Below are positions 48,546-61,265 of a DNA stretch of 64,000 nt, piece by piece. The translations under genes were made by a program, and so were the position numbers. Origin of the DNA: Podarcis filfolensis (taxonomy: Eukaryota); the NCBI GenBank assembly GCA_964270895.1, contig OZ185446.1; one strand, written 5' to 3'. The number at the start of each line of letters is the position of its first letter. Positions within the stretch are counted from its first letter, which is position 1. The notes beneath the pieces are model-generated. The model worked only from the letters and a program-made list of their open reading frames with translations. It was not told where the DNA came from and did not search any database.

Positions 48546-50111
48546 GCCATCTTGGGTGTCTTGTCTGGCTGGAATATGTCTTTGAACTCTGATAGTGCCT
48601 TTTCCTTGCCTGAAAGTAGGACTCCCTGCATGGAGAAATTAGTCCACTGTACAGTTTACATTTGCTGCTCTACCCACTTTTGCCTCTATCCCTGTCCACT
48701 ACCAACATGCGGCCCCTGGAAGGTTACCCAGAAAGGAATGTGGCCCTCAGACTCAAATAGGTGCCTGACCCCTGGTGTAATGTGTAGCCCACCTCTAATG
48801 GTGGAGGAAGTAGGATATCTTGTTTTTCTCTGTTCTGTTAGGCTTAAGCAGCTTGGACCATTTCGCTCTCTCTGTGTTATGTAGGCTAGATAGTCATGTA
48901 GGGAGAAAAGCAAAGGCTGTTCTGTGCTCCACTAGTATGGAGCTATGTAGGTATGTGTGACAAATCCTTCTTGAGTTGGTAGGGAATAAGTATAAAGCAG
49001 AATGAAAACTAGGAACATCATAGAAGCCGCTCAACTTAACTTTCAGGACTTGGGCAAACAGTGCAGAATGTCACAGAATCTCACTTTACATCTGGAGAAT
49101 CATCCTTTTGTAAACAATCCTGAAAAGTGCTCAAGCTTTGAAAATGTTGCTGTCAAAATTTTGTTTACCAAGAATGGGAGGGGACTCGGGAGAGCGATCG
49201 TATCATTTTCACTCAGAACTGTCAGCATTGAAGAAAAAAAACTTAATTCCCATTTCCCTCTACTATGAAAGCTTAATAGTGGGTAATTAAAGCTTAGCAA
49301 GCTAATGACTATTTTTTATCATTAATTGAAACTTGGCTTACAGAGTTATTTGTGGGAAACTATTTTGGCTCTTCAACGATAGCTAACTGATATGAAAGGA
49401 ACTGAACAACACATCAGTTTCATTGAAGCCTATATGAAAATTTAGACTTTATGCAGAGTTGACCCAGCATCCTGAGCCTCCATGAGGGCTGAATGACAAA
49501 AAAAAAACCCCTCCTTTTCCACCACTGATACTGCAGGAGGGCATTTCAGCAGGCTCATACCCCTTCCCAGGATTACTGGATGAGAATGAATAGGGTGGAC
49601 TGATAGAAAAACAGACACAGTGTTTGCATCTTTAATAACTGGGCAGAAGAGGGAATGTCAAGCAAGCTATATTTCCTGGCAATGCTGTCACAAGGGCCTG
49701 TGCCACCTAAAGTGAGCATGGCACCCTTCTTGCCTTGGTCACATGTCTCTGGTCACTCTTCAAAGTAATCTGATCCCCAAACTTCAAGGCCAAATCTGCT
49801 TTTCAGCTGGCATTGAAGTCACCATTACATACAGATGCTTACATACATAATGTATGTATGTAATTACATTTCAGTGCCTGACCAATTTTTTTATGTGCTT
49901 TGGCAGAACACACATGAAGCACTTTAATTTTCTTCACAGGGCTCAGAGTAAGGTCAAATGACAGAATTTTGACGTTAAAATCCTGAAATTTATATTCTGA
50001 CATCTAAACAAATCAAAGTAATCTAACAGAACAATCACATGTATGTCTATGCAGAAGTAAGCACCACTGAGTTAATGGGTCTCACACACAAGCATTGGTT
50101 TGTTTGTTGGT

Positions 50112-50338
50112 TTATAATTTTATCTCACATTTTCCTCAGAGGAGCTCAAGGTGGTATACATGGTTCTCCCCCTCTTCTCCTTTAATCCACACAACAGCAG
50201 TCCTGTGAGGTAGGCTAGGCTGAGAGGCAGTGACTGGTCCAGGGTCACCCACGCAGTGAGCTCCATGGCCAAGTGGGGATCTCAAGCCATGTCTCCCAAA
50301 TCCCAGCCTGACAGTCTAACCAGTACGCCACTCTGGCT
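50112..50338 (-). mobile_element. tRNA-derived squamate SINE (MIR-like/Squam3-like)
   Basis: GGAGCTCAAGGTGG...CACAACAGC...CTGTGAGGTAGG...AGGGTCACCC...CTAACCAGTACGCCACTCTGGC. Confidence 0.75.
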
Positions 50339-50508
50339 CTGTGGGATTGTAGCTGGACAATCTACAGTTTCCATATTTTAAATATAAAGGCATCTAAACT
50401 TTTTATTTATAAACATGATTCAGATGCTTTTACTAATCCAGCAATCTGCCTATAGACCATGATATTGTCCATCTATCATACTGTGCATAGATGTTATCTC
50501 CACAGGGC

Positions 50509-50939
50509 CATGGGTGCCTCAGCCCCCATATTATTTTTAGGCGAGGGGGGGTCTCCTCCAGAAGATGTGTGCTCTGGCCATTGGCCACTCACCCCATCCC
50601 CGTTGCAGCCACGGCAACCAGGCCACGGCCTCCACTGCCCACACCTCAGCTGCCTCTGTGGGGACCAGGCCAAGGCCACCACTGCAAGGCCTCCACCAAG
50701 GCCCACCATGCCCACTGATGCACTCCCGGAAGCCAGGCTGCACTTCCAGAAGCACACCCAACGGAGGCCCTGCAATGGCAGAGGCAGAGGGCCAGCAGAA
50801 GCAAGGCTGTGGGCAGTAGTGGCCAGCAGAGGCCAAGCACAGTGCCCAGCACCATGTGTACATGATGGTGCAGGTGAGGTCAGGATGTCACGTTGTGCCA
50901 CTGAACACCCACAATCTGAAGCCCAAATCAGCACCTCTG
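50509..50939. mobile_element. GC-rich degenerate DNA-transposon-like element (Harbinger-like, uncertain)
   Basis: Degenerate inverted ends CATGGGTGCC / GCACCTCTG; explains the ORF cluster at 50459-51061. Confidence 0.4.
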
Positions 50940-51229
50940 ATACTGTGAAGGTCTATGTAGAAGAGGAAGAACAAAACTTGGACCTTAACACCATAGGTCC
51001 AAAAGGGTCACTCCATCAAAACTCACAAATTATATATAAAATAATGAGTTGGACTAAATGACCCTTCCAACCCTGCAATTCTATGATTCTAACTCAGGAT
51101 AGAATCCATGAGATTTCTACAACTAGATCAGTGCTTCCCAAACATTTTCTGCCATAGACCACAAGACCCCGAGGGTCTTGGCAGACCACCAAATGATTAT
51201 TCTGCCTGATGTAGCAACTGTAATGTGTT

Positions 51230-51480
51230 AGCCATTGAAGTGACCTGACCTTCCAGTGACAGTGCTAAATCCAGGAGCACCCCTAAGCTGCAGACCTGCT
51301 CCTTCCCAGAGAATAAAGCCCTCTCCTGGACTGGCCATCTCCTGAATGTGAGAACTCAGAACAGATAATATCCCTGTCTTTTCAGGATACAACTTCAGTT
51401 TATTTGCCCACATCCAGCCCATCCCTGCCTCCAAACACTGCATACGTGGAATAGAAACTAGACAGTTTTGTATTAACAAG
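51230..51480 (-). mobile_element. Old L2 ORF2 remnant
   Basis: Translates WMWANKLKLYPEKTGIL, matching the L2/CR1-group WMxxNKLKLNPDKTEVL motif. Confidence 0.7.
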
Positions 51481-51655
51481 GCTGGAGATTAAATTTAGGT
51501 GGTGTGCTAAAAATTTTAAAAAGTCAATAGAAGCCAAATTGGGTTGCTTCACTCAGCAGCTGGAGGGAAAGTTCCATCAAGAAATAAAGTCCCACCCTCA
51601 AGTGGTATAAGATCCCTTTCTCTTGTTTAGGTTCCCACTAATGAATGGCTAAATT

Positions 51656-51949
51656 CAGTGGTGGCTGGGGCCCATTTGGACTGGTATGGTAGATGGCAGG
51701 GAGGCCAACAGGAGGTGCAGCTGGAGCCTGTGACAGAGCCAGAGCCAATGGCAAGCAGAGCCAACTAATCCTATTTTTGGCCCCATCCTCTTTCCCGCTC
51801 AGTATTACTAGGGCAACACTAAGACTAAGGAGTTGGACTGGCCCTCTGGACTGGTTATAAGTAAAGCCATAGGCAAATGGGGGTGCTTGATGGGAGGCTG
51901 AGGTTGGTGGAGCAGTGCTCTATGTGCCCTAATGCACCAACTTCAGCTG
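51656..51949 (+). mobile_element. Non-autonomous DNA transposon (Harbinger-like MITE)
   Basis: Inverted ends CAGTGGTGGCTGGGGCCCATT / AATGCACCAACTTCAGCTG; partial sister copy at 48405. Confidence 0.6.
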
Positions 51950-53034
51950 GATAAATTTGCTATTTTTCAAGACTGCACAAGAAACCATGGAAGCTGTATT
52001 GGGCTACAAGGAAAACAACAAAAAACAAAGAAACAACATTAATTAATTGGATAATAAAAGCACAATATTGAAATATAGCAACTCATCAAGATGCTCTCCA
52101 CTGTGCCTACACCACCATTGAGAATTCTCCCTCCTCATAGGAAGGGAGTGACACTGAGCCTCAAACAAGATGGTATATTTAGAGGTTGCCATACTCAATG
52201 TTATCTGAAGTCACGTCTAAAGAGGCAGAAATAGTGGAGTAGCTGAAGAAATACATTTGCTGCAGTCTGTTTGCAAGATTCCTTAATTCCAGCCATGGTG
52301 TCTTGCTGCTTCCCTAAGCAAATGTCTTTCTCTCGTAGCACAAGATCAACCATAGCATGATTAATGGAGCTTGAGGGATATCTGAAGAGGATGGGAACTG
52401 GGAAAGGAATGTCATTCTGAACATTTGGTTGGTGCTCCAGCCTTATTTGTCTCGCCAGTCTTTACAAGGGAGCATTCCTCAAGCAAAATGGGTTTTAGCA
52501 AAAGGAGCTCCCCCATCCAAGGGGCACTAACTCATTTTCAAAATTGCTAGGCTCCAAATACTTGAACAACATACATTGCTCATAGCTAGACACTCACAAC
52601 AACAACACAGTACATTAGCAACCTGTTGGGGGTTTTGAGGGCCCAAACAAGCGTCAGCCTCTCATAAGTATGCTGAAACTGCAGACATGAAATGATCAAT
52701 TATCAACAGACAGCTGCAATTCTTTTGTCTATGGTTAATTTTGCCCATAGCTGATGCAAGTTTCAGCTAAAGCAACTATCTGTCGCTTGCTGGGTTTGGA
52801 CTCCAAAAGGAGAAAAATGTACATTTTCAGGGATGCCACCTGTTCTTGGGCTGCCTTCCTTGACATATTCTGGTCCCACCTCCAAACACAACGCACCAAA
52901 CAATTGTAAAGAGGACTAACATAGAGGGTATATTCCCAGTGGACAATGTGTCTGCTCTTTTCCCCAAACTGGCTGAATGCAGTGGAGGAAATAAAATTGT
53001 ATCGATAATAGCATTGCTCTTTGGAGAGTGTAGG

Positions 53035-53160
53035 GAAGGGGTAGATAACTTGTGGCCTTCCATTTGTTGTTGGACTACAACTCCCATCATTCTTAACCAT
53101 TGGCTATGCTGGCTGGGGCTGATGGGAATTGGAATCCCTCAATATCTGGAGGGCCCTGCT
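53035..53160. mobile_element. Degenerate short palindromic hAT-type MITE
   Basis: GTGGCCTTCCA...GGACTACAACTCCCATCA...TGATGGGAATTGGAATCC...TCTGGAGGGCC. Confidence 0.6.
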
Positions 53161-53634
53161 GAAGCCGAGATTGTTTTGTGGGCTGCAGAGGCTCAAAGAG
53201 ATGCCCAGGCTGAACGAGAAAGGTTTCTTCCAGATCTGTCTCCCAAGCACTCTGTGGATCTTGAATGGCCATCCCTATGATGATTAGCCTCCTCCTCTTG
53301 GACGTTCATTTGTGCTCTCTTCCAAAGAGTATGCAATTAAAACTGGAGCCTTATTAGATATCACAAAGAGGAAAGCTGAATTATCCTGAAAGTCAAATCA
53401 TGTCATAAATTTGCTTCAGTGTTTTGGGCTTGTTTGTTTTTCTTCTGATAGAGACCTCAACATACCCGGGAAATTTCATTGTTAAATGGTGAAGAGCCTG
53501 GCTAATGTCTTGTTAAGACATTAAGAGGCTAATGTTCCTTTTTTGACCTTTTAATTCTCTCAGTTTTGCCAGCCCACCAGGGGTAGATGAATCTGTCAAT
53601 TCCAGATTCTCTCCATGTCTCATTTTTCCTATCT

Positions 53635-54032
53635 TAAGCTCCATTCTCCCCATTTCCATATCAGTTTGGGATTTTTTTTTTTTAATCATTCCTCATGAAA
53701 ATTCACCAGCATTTCAGTGTGAATTTTCACTGTGAATATACAGTATGTTTGTATGCATTTTTGCCTAATATACACATTTCTGCAAAGCAGCTTCCCCTAA
53801 AAGAATGCATTTTTATATCTTATTTTTCATTAATACATGCATTTCAATGGACACTTTATCCCAGTGTGTGCATTTTGTCCATACCTGTTGGCTGGAGAAC
53901 TGCACTGCAAAACTGGGAAAGTGTGAATTTCAAAGGATGTCTGTTTTACAATTCTCCTATTGTTTCAGAAAGTGCAAAGTATGTCAATTCACCTTTAAAT
54001 GCAAATTTCCTCAAACCCTTCCCTCATCCCTG
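53635..54032. mobile_element. Reverse copy of the repeat at 2669-3082
   Basis: Reverse-complement similarity (ATGCATTTT motifs, GGAGAACTGCA, ends CCCTCATCCCTG). Confidence 0.6.
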
Positions 54033-54338
54033 TGACCCTCTTGACCCTTACTTATTCCTGCATTCTCATTGCCCCTGAGTAATCCCTAGCCATCCCAGGT
54101 CCCACATGCTAGCTGCTCACCCTTTTGTCCTTTAGATTCACGAGCTTGACCAGCTGCTGGACCTCTTCTCTGTCCTGGCCCTTGCTTCACCTCTTAGAAT
54201 GCCCTTATGGTGCTGTTATGAAACCAGCTCAGAAACTAGGCATACAAGTCCCCTTGATTTGCTTCTTGGGCATCCACCTCTCCTAACTTTAGCTTGAAAT
54301 CTATCCCCCGTTTTCTGGGAGTGAGATCCACTGAACTT

Positions 54339-54903
54339 TGTTGTTGTTTAGTCATTTAGTCGTGTCCAACCCTTCGTGACCCCCTGGACCAGAGCACGCC
54401 AGGCACTCCTGTCTTCCACTGGCTCCCGCAGTTTGGTCAAACTCATGCTGGTAGCTTCGAGAACACTGTCCAACCATCTCATCCTCTGTCGTCCCCTTCT
54501 CCTTGTGCCCTCCATCTTTCCCAACATCAGGGTCTTTTCCAGGGAGTCTTCTCTTCTCAGGAGGTGGCCAAAGTCTTGGAGCCTCAGCTTCAGGATCTGT
54601 CCTTCCTGTGAGCATTCAGGGCTGATTTCCTTCAGAATGGATTGGTTTGATTTTCTTGCAGTCCATGGGACTCTCAAGAGTCTCCTCCAGCACCATAACT
54701 CAAAAGCATCAATTCTCCGGTGATCAGCCTTCTTTATGGTCCAGCTCTCACTTCCATACATCACTGCTGGGAAAACCATGGCTTTAACTATACGGACCTT
54801 TGTTGGCAAGGTGATGTCTCTGCTTTTTAAGATGCTGTCTAGGTTTGCCATCACCTTTCTCCCAAGGAGCAGGCGTCTTTTAATTTCAGGACTGCTGCCA
54901 CCA
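54339..54903 (-). mobile_element. Bov-B (RTE) LINE, 5'-truncated
   Basis: Uninterrupted ORF2 C-terminus within ORF 54348-54944 (EIKRRLLLGRK...TKVRIVKAMVFPAVMYGSESWT...RTRLND-type end); (AAC)n tail; 11-bp TSD CCACTGAACTT at 54328-54338 and 54904-54914. Confidence 0.96.
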
Positions 54904-56982
54904 CCACTGAACTTAGCAGGACTTAATTTTGAATAGACATGCATAGGATTACGCCGTTTGTGGGAAATGCAACTGTACTTGTGTAAGCTTTTGTTGTATT
55001 GTAGGTCTCAAATGGTGTTTTATTCCCATCTACATATCCCATGCAGAAGATAATGCTTTAAAGTGTGGTACCTCTCTCCAAACTCCAGTGAGCATGTCCT
55101 TTGCTGTGTAAAAATAAAACCTCATTTTTGTGCTCTAAAAGCAAGACCTCTCCCTTACACACACACTTCCCAATGAAGTGTTTAAAGATGGCTTGCTCTG
55201 TGTAGAATCAATTGTTGTTGCAATGCTTGGGTCATATGAATTGATCAGAATATCTAGCCACCAGAATTTCCAGTGAGTCATAAGATAGGTTTTTAAAAGT
55301 TATCTATTTATGATTATGGTGATTAAATATAGGATATGTGGTGGTGAAGGAATCTATTTATGATTACGATGATTAATTATAGGGTTTCCCTAGCTGTGAA
55401 ACCAATTCTTTACACAATTGTTTTCCAGCAAAGCTGGTAGCTACTGGATGATATTAATAGGCTTTGTGTATTTAGTTTTTACTGTATGGTTATTTGGCCT
55501 TAATTGGTCAGCCCTCAAGGGAGGTCTGCAGTCCTGGCATTCTTTAATTATTTTATTATGCTTTTCCATTTCTTTGTTAGAATTAAGGGCATGTGACCTC
55601 ATCCTGCCTATTTTTAAGGCATTCAGGCACAGACAATGCTTCTCCTAGAATGACAAAGTGATGCTTCGTCCAGGCAGGGTGGGAAAACCATCTCTGAAAT
55701 GCTAGAAAAGAGGGACTTCGAGCAACAGCATGGCACTTCTTTATCAGAAATGGAAAATTTAATTTATAACTGAAGAGGGTGAGGGAAATCCCCTCATAAC
55801 TACTGCTTACTTTTTTGGGTTTTCTAAGGAAAACTCTGGTACTTGGAGACTTAGAGAAGTTAAAAATGGAAAGGGTTTTATTCTACATTACAGAATTGGT
55901 AAAACAAAGGATGTGTCAGTAGATAGAATTCTTTCAAGAAACAGCTAACTAGATATATATTTGTTGGATTCAGGCTTCTAAACAAGATAGTAAACACACA
56001 GATTCTTTTCACTTCAGTTTCTAAAGCTAATTGTATAGGTGTTATAACCTAGGTCTTAATACTTGGGTTCTTAAACAAAGTGGTACTTTCCGTCAGTTTC
56101 CCAACCTTCTGTAGATCTCAATCCTGGGGCTCCTCTAGTAATATAGCAGATCCAGGGGATCACCACACCCCTCTCTTCTCTTTCCAGAAGATCAGTCCCC
56201 TCCTTACCGAACATATACCCAAGTGGAGTGTTCCCTCTACTTCTCTTGTCCCCAATTCAGGTTTCCAGCTTTTCTCTTGTCTATATACTCCTAAGAAGAC
56301 ACTAATCCCTGCCTTTCAGACTAAGGTCAGACACTTCCTTCTCTGAATGGACATATCTTCCTCAGAATGGATCTTACGCACCCAAACCTTCAACTGCCTT
56401 TCTTTTTCCCTCCCAAAATGCTGACTCCACCCCCTCTGGCGAGCTGTACCTGCAGCCAATCAGAAGGAGGCTACAGCCCCGCACTCTGGTGGAATTCCAC
56501 TGCATGGCATCACCAAACTCTGGTCTACCTGAGCTTTCCATCACAGTGAGCTAAGGGAGAAGCAAGAGATAAATCAAACTAGCGTATCACCATTTATACG
56601 TTCAGTTCTTACCCATCACACGTTATTACATGCTGCAAGTGTGCCCTTTTTCCATTGCGTATTATAACTGGGGATGCCCTATGCACCACCTTCTCATAGA
56701 AAATACCAGACACTGTTCTCATTGCTGGACACATTCTACTAGGGATTATAATGTATTCATTACTCTTCTTTTGTTAGGCATGCAGGATAGAGAACTGGCA
56801 AGATCCAATCCCAAAATCACGGATTGGGGAGCAGTGGCCTCTTAATTGTTGCTGGACTCATACCTTAATCATCCCCAGTCATCATGGACAATAGTCTGGG
56901 TCTTTTGGAACCACAGTTCAAGATCATCCAGAGAGCTTTCCCAAGATCCAGCAAAGATATAGAGAAAGAAGATGCTCTATAC

Positions 56983-57304
56983 CAGGGATCAGCAACCTTT
57001 CTCACCTGTGGGCTGGTCCACCGTTCCTGAGAGCATGTGGTGGGCTGGACTATATTTTGAAAAAAATATATGAATGAATTCCTATGCCCCACAAATAACC
57101 CAGAGACATATTTTAAATAAAAGCACACATTCTACTCATGTAAAAACACCAGGCAGGCCCCACAAATAACCCAGAGATGCATTTTAAATAAAAGGACACA
57201 TTCTACTCATGTAGAAACACACTGATTCCCACACCATCCGCAGGCCGGATTGAGAAGGCGATTGGGCCTCATCTGGCCCACGGACCTTAGGTTGCCTACA
57301 CCTG
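56983..57304. mobile_element. hAT-type MITE with internal ~67-bp tandem duplication
   Basis: CAGGGATCAGCAACCT...AGGTTGCCTACACCTG; perfect 8-bp TSD CTCTATAC; GCCCCACAAATAACCCAGAGA...TACTCATGTA occurs twice. Confidence 0.92.
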
Positions 57305-57824
57305 CTCTATACTAACCACCAGCCATGCCAACCACCATTTTTGTTTGGGAAATTGATGACCCACAATTTTCCTCCAACAGCAGCTAATGATGGAAATGTA
57401 AAGTGATGAACCCTGGTATGTGAAAGCTCTTTGACTCATTGTCCACTCCATCGAACTGGCTAGCTCCAGGCTAACTAAGTTTTGGTCTTCGTTTGAGAGA
57501 CAGAAAAGCATGGATCCACAGAGAGAAAACAGATTGAGACAGGCAAAAGCAGAGAGAGAGAAAGAGAAAGCTGAGCTATGAGGAGTCTGGGGAACTAAGG
57601 CAAACAGTGGGGGGGGGAGCCAAAAGATGAAGTTCTGCACTGAAGAGGCAAAATAAAAACTGGCATCCAGGTCCAAATGGCATCCACCAGAGAGTTCTCA
57701 AAGAACTGAAATGTAAAATTGCTGATATTCTAACAAAAATATGTAACTTGTCCCAAAGAGCCATCTCCACACCTGAGGACTGGAAAGTGGCCAATGTAAC
57801 ACTAATTTTTAAAAATGGATTTGG

Positions 57825-58030
57825 GGTGGGGAAGTGGTTCTGGAAATTACAAGTCAGCTAGCTTAATGTCTGTCCTGGGAAAACTGGTGGAAAGTATTTT
57901 TAAACATGAGGCATAGAAAAACAAGCCATGCTGACACAGAACCAGCATGGCTTCTAAAAGGGTGTAAAGGCCTGTCTCGTAAGCCTATTAGGGAGTGTTA
58001 GCAAACATATAGATAGAAGTGATCCAATCT
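57825..58030 (+). mobile_element. Old CR1 reverse-transcriptase remnant
   Basis: Degenerate GNYKSASLMSVLGKLVESI...NQHGF, similar to the CR1 GNYRPVSLTSxxGK...QHGF motif. Confidence 0.7.
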
Positions 58031-58087
58031 GACAAAAGGTGCACAATGAAGATGCTAGACTCACTTCTGTGTGGAGTGAGTTCCTTT

Positions 58088-58614
58088 TTGGGGGCAGAGA
58101 TCTGAGCACCCCATTTTTCTTTAACTCATACAAAGCAGGATAGAAGCAAAATAGTAATCATCAACAAAACAGGCCTGCCACACCCCACATTCTGAGGGGG
58201 GTGGAACTACCAAGCAGAAGGCCCCCCTCTGATTACCTTAACATTCAAGAGGGCCTGTAAAGATGGAGGCAATCTTAAAGATACTTGAGGCCTAAGTTAT
58301 TTAGTGCTTTAAACACCGATGCGAGCAGCTTGAAATGGACCCAGAAGCAAGCCAGCAACTGTCTGAATACCATGTTTGAACAACACACACTTCTGTTTTT
58401 AAGAGTGGAGAAGCAATTCTAGCTATCCATTTAATCACAAAACATTCAGAAATAGGAATGGCTTAGAGAGTTGAGTGGTGGGAATGTGGGGTGACTTAAG
58501 TAAGGGAATGGGGCATGTGGAAAAGCACCATTGGGGGCAGAGATCTGAGCACCCCATTTTTCTTTAACTCATACAAAGCAGGATAGAAGCAAAATAGTAA
58601 TCATCAACAAAACA
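58088..58614 (+). repeat. 84-bp perfect direct repeat (58088-58171 and 58531-58614)
   Basis: Both copies read identically, TTGGGGGCAGAGATCTGAGCACC...CATCAACAAAACA; 359-bp spacer. Confidence 0.95.
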
Positions 58615-59696
58615 AAAACTCTATGCATTCATTTGCCTGAATGTTCAAAAAGCAATCTAGAAGTAAAAAAAGAGAGCAGAGTGTGGATAGCTTTCTTGGT
58701 GGGGGTAGGAATATTCTTTGCTTGGGGTCTGGGGCACTGTAAATAGAAACTCCACAGTTGCCAGGATTTTCCCTTCTGATTTGGAATATCTGAAATGGTA
58801 CTGCTATCAGGTAAATCGGATTGCTGGCAAACACCAAAGAGACTGAACAAATAAACTTCATCGGGCTGATTCTGTACTGAACAGCAACTCTATGTGGATG
58901 ACCATATGGGAAAGGAAGTTCAGAAAGCACAATTTCAAGGCCATCAGTGGCCTAATCTCTGTTCAAGTCTCAGTGCAGAGTCATTCTGTCTTCTAGTGTT
59001 CACAGAGTTAAAGAGTTTCAAGATTCTCTAATCCTCAGAAAACAGGGAGACCAATGTGGGGGGTAAGAGTGAGGAGATCCCGTTCTAATTATGCCTTGCT
59101 TAAAAAATACATATAAATAGCAACCAAAAGGGAACCTTTTTCATATTGGAAACTCTCAGTCTCAGTTGCGTAAGCCTAAAAAGCCATTTTTATTTGAAGA
59201 ACCAACACTTACTCCTTTGTTAGGGAAACTCCAAGCAACACCCAGCAGACTTGAAGGCTCCTATGTTATCAGCAAACTATTTCCTGCGTATATGTTCACT
59301 CTTTCCATGGAGGCTTGCTTGGTTGTTTTTTTTTCAAAACGTGGTGCAAACAAATTCTGTGAAGTGCCTGAATGATGTGTGAGTTGCTGCAACAACTGCC
59401 ATATTGATGTAATGGAAATCTCATTGGATGGCAGCAACCTCCCAGAAGCAAAACTAGGAGGAAAAGAGGGTGGGTTCGTGGGAGGGAGGGAGGGGTCCCT
59501 AGATGGACCGCAACATGCTTCCCCCCTCCACTTAACTTTCCCTCCCATCACTATATAAAGAGGCAAAACTGTAAAGCTGAAAAGAACAGTTGGAATCCCA
59601 GGTTGTTTCTTCCCTGAAGTTACGTAATAATTTAATGTAAGGATATTTAACTCTTTGCAGGGAAGATGTTAAGACTTCTTGACCTATTACTCACTA

Positions 59697-59935
59697 CAGT
59701 GGTACCTCAGGTTAAGTACTTAATTCGTTCCAGAGTTCAGTTAACCTGAAACTGTTCTTAACCTGAAGCACCACTTTAGCTAATGGGGCCTCCTGCTGCC
59801 GCTGCGCCTCTGGAGCACGATTTCTGTTCTCATCCTGTAGCAACGTTCTTAACCTGAAGCAATATTTCTGGGTTAGTGGAGTGTGTAACCTGAAGCGTAT
59901 GTAATCTGAAGTGTATGTAACCCAAGGTACCACTG
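59697..59935 (+). mobile_element. Tigger-like MITE, ~240 bp
   Basis: TIRs and TA TSD. Confidence 0.93.
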
Positions 59936-60121
59936 TATTTGGTTCCTTCCTTCTTTCTAAAAATATTTCAGATTGTATAAAAGCAGTGATATAAAACTGG
60001 CAACAGACTATGGAGCATTGCAGTTAGTATATTATTGATTAAATAATATTTTCCTGCATGCACAAGGAAATGGTCCATGCTTATGCCATACTGGTTCTTG
60101 AGGCACAGCTGCCTCTAGATA

Positions 60122-60595
60122 CCGTCTTTCCCCGAAAGTAAGACATCCCCCGAAAATAAGACCTACTTCCAGTTTTGCCTCTCACTGTAATATAAGGCAT
60201 CCCCCGAAAATAAGACCTCCCCGATAATAAGGCCTCCTCCGAACATAAGGCCTCCCCGGAATATAAGGCCCCTGAAGCTACCGTAAGGCATCTGACTCCT
60301 CTAGACCGTAGCGGCAGGCGCCACCGCGCAGCTCACTGATTGGCCGCAATGCAGGTGGAGCTGTTCAGGCTGTGCAAGGTCTCTTTAAATCAGAGAGCCT
60401 GTGCCCCCGCCAGGTCAAGCTGCCACCTGCTGCTCGCTCTGCCCTGACGGAGTCTGGCTGACTCACAATTAGACAATAAATGTGTACCGTATTCTTCCTC
60501 ATGGAAAAATAAGACATCCCCTGAAAATAAGACCTAGCGCATCTTTGGGAGCAAAAATTAATATAAGACACTGTCTTATTTTCGGGAAAACAGGG
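60122..60595. mobile_element. Tc1/mariner (Tc2/pogo-like) composite MITE with subterminal ~17-bp repeats
   Basis: TA|CCGTCTTTCCCCGAAAGTAAGACA ... TGTCTTATTTTCGGGAAAACAGGG|TA; internal repeats of CCCCGAAAATAAGrCC; second left end at 60487. Confidence 0.8.
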
Positions 60596-61050
60596 TAGTA
60601 TGTTACTTTAGTGTATATGCAGAAACAGGTGCTTGAAATGTTGCTGTTGCTGTTGCTGTTTTATTAAGCTTTTCTGTGTTACAAAGCAAACACATAAACA
60701 GGGGAAAGTACATCTATTGTCTCCACTTTCAGTTCACGGTCCTTTTCATCAGTTCGCTTACATTTGGTGAGAGACACTTTTGTCATAGACATCTTGCAAT
60801 TGGGGGACAGGAGGGGAGAGAGGGTGGAGAGAGATGAGGGGAACCTGTTCTATTACCAATTATTAGTGCAGGGGTTTGTGTCAGCGCCACGTGGGTAGGT
60901 TCTCTGTTTATGTATTTATTTATTTTTATTGGTAATGTGAGAGGTTAGGGATTCCCAAGCTTGGTTGGTTGCTATCAGTAGGTCTGTCAAGGGCACTGTG
61001 GAAGCTTGTTGGTAGCTGCAACATTTAAAAATATAAGGCACTTGCGTCTA

Positions 61051-61265
61051 CAGTGGTACCTCGGATTAAGTCCTTAATTCATTCCGGAGGTCTGTTCTTA
61101 ACCTGAAACTGTTCTTAACCTGGGGCAAATGGGGCCTCCTGCTGCCGCTGCACCACCTCTGTGCAATTTCTGTTCTCATCCTGAAGCAAAGTTCTTAACC
61201 CAAGGTATTATTTCTGGGTTAGCGGAGTCTGTAACCTGAAGCGTATGTAACCCAAGGTACCACTG
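61051..61265 (+). mobile_element. Tigger-like MITE with small internal deletion
   Basis: TIRs and TA TSD; the AAGCACCACTTTAGCT segment is missing. Confidence 0.92.

Noticed and set aside
50459-51061. 200-aa ORF and overlapping ORFs in several frames
   Set aside because: GC-rich repeat interior; openness in many frames indicates composition, not coding.
56440-56480. CCACCCCC plus CCAATCAG motif pair as a promoter
   Set aside because: Isolated short motifs without CpG enrichment; expected by chance.
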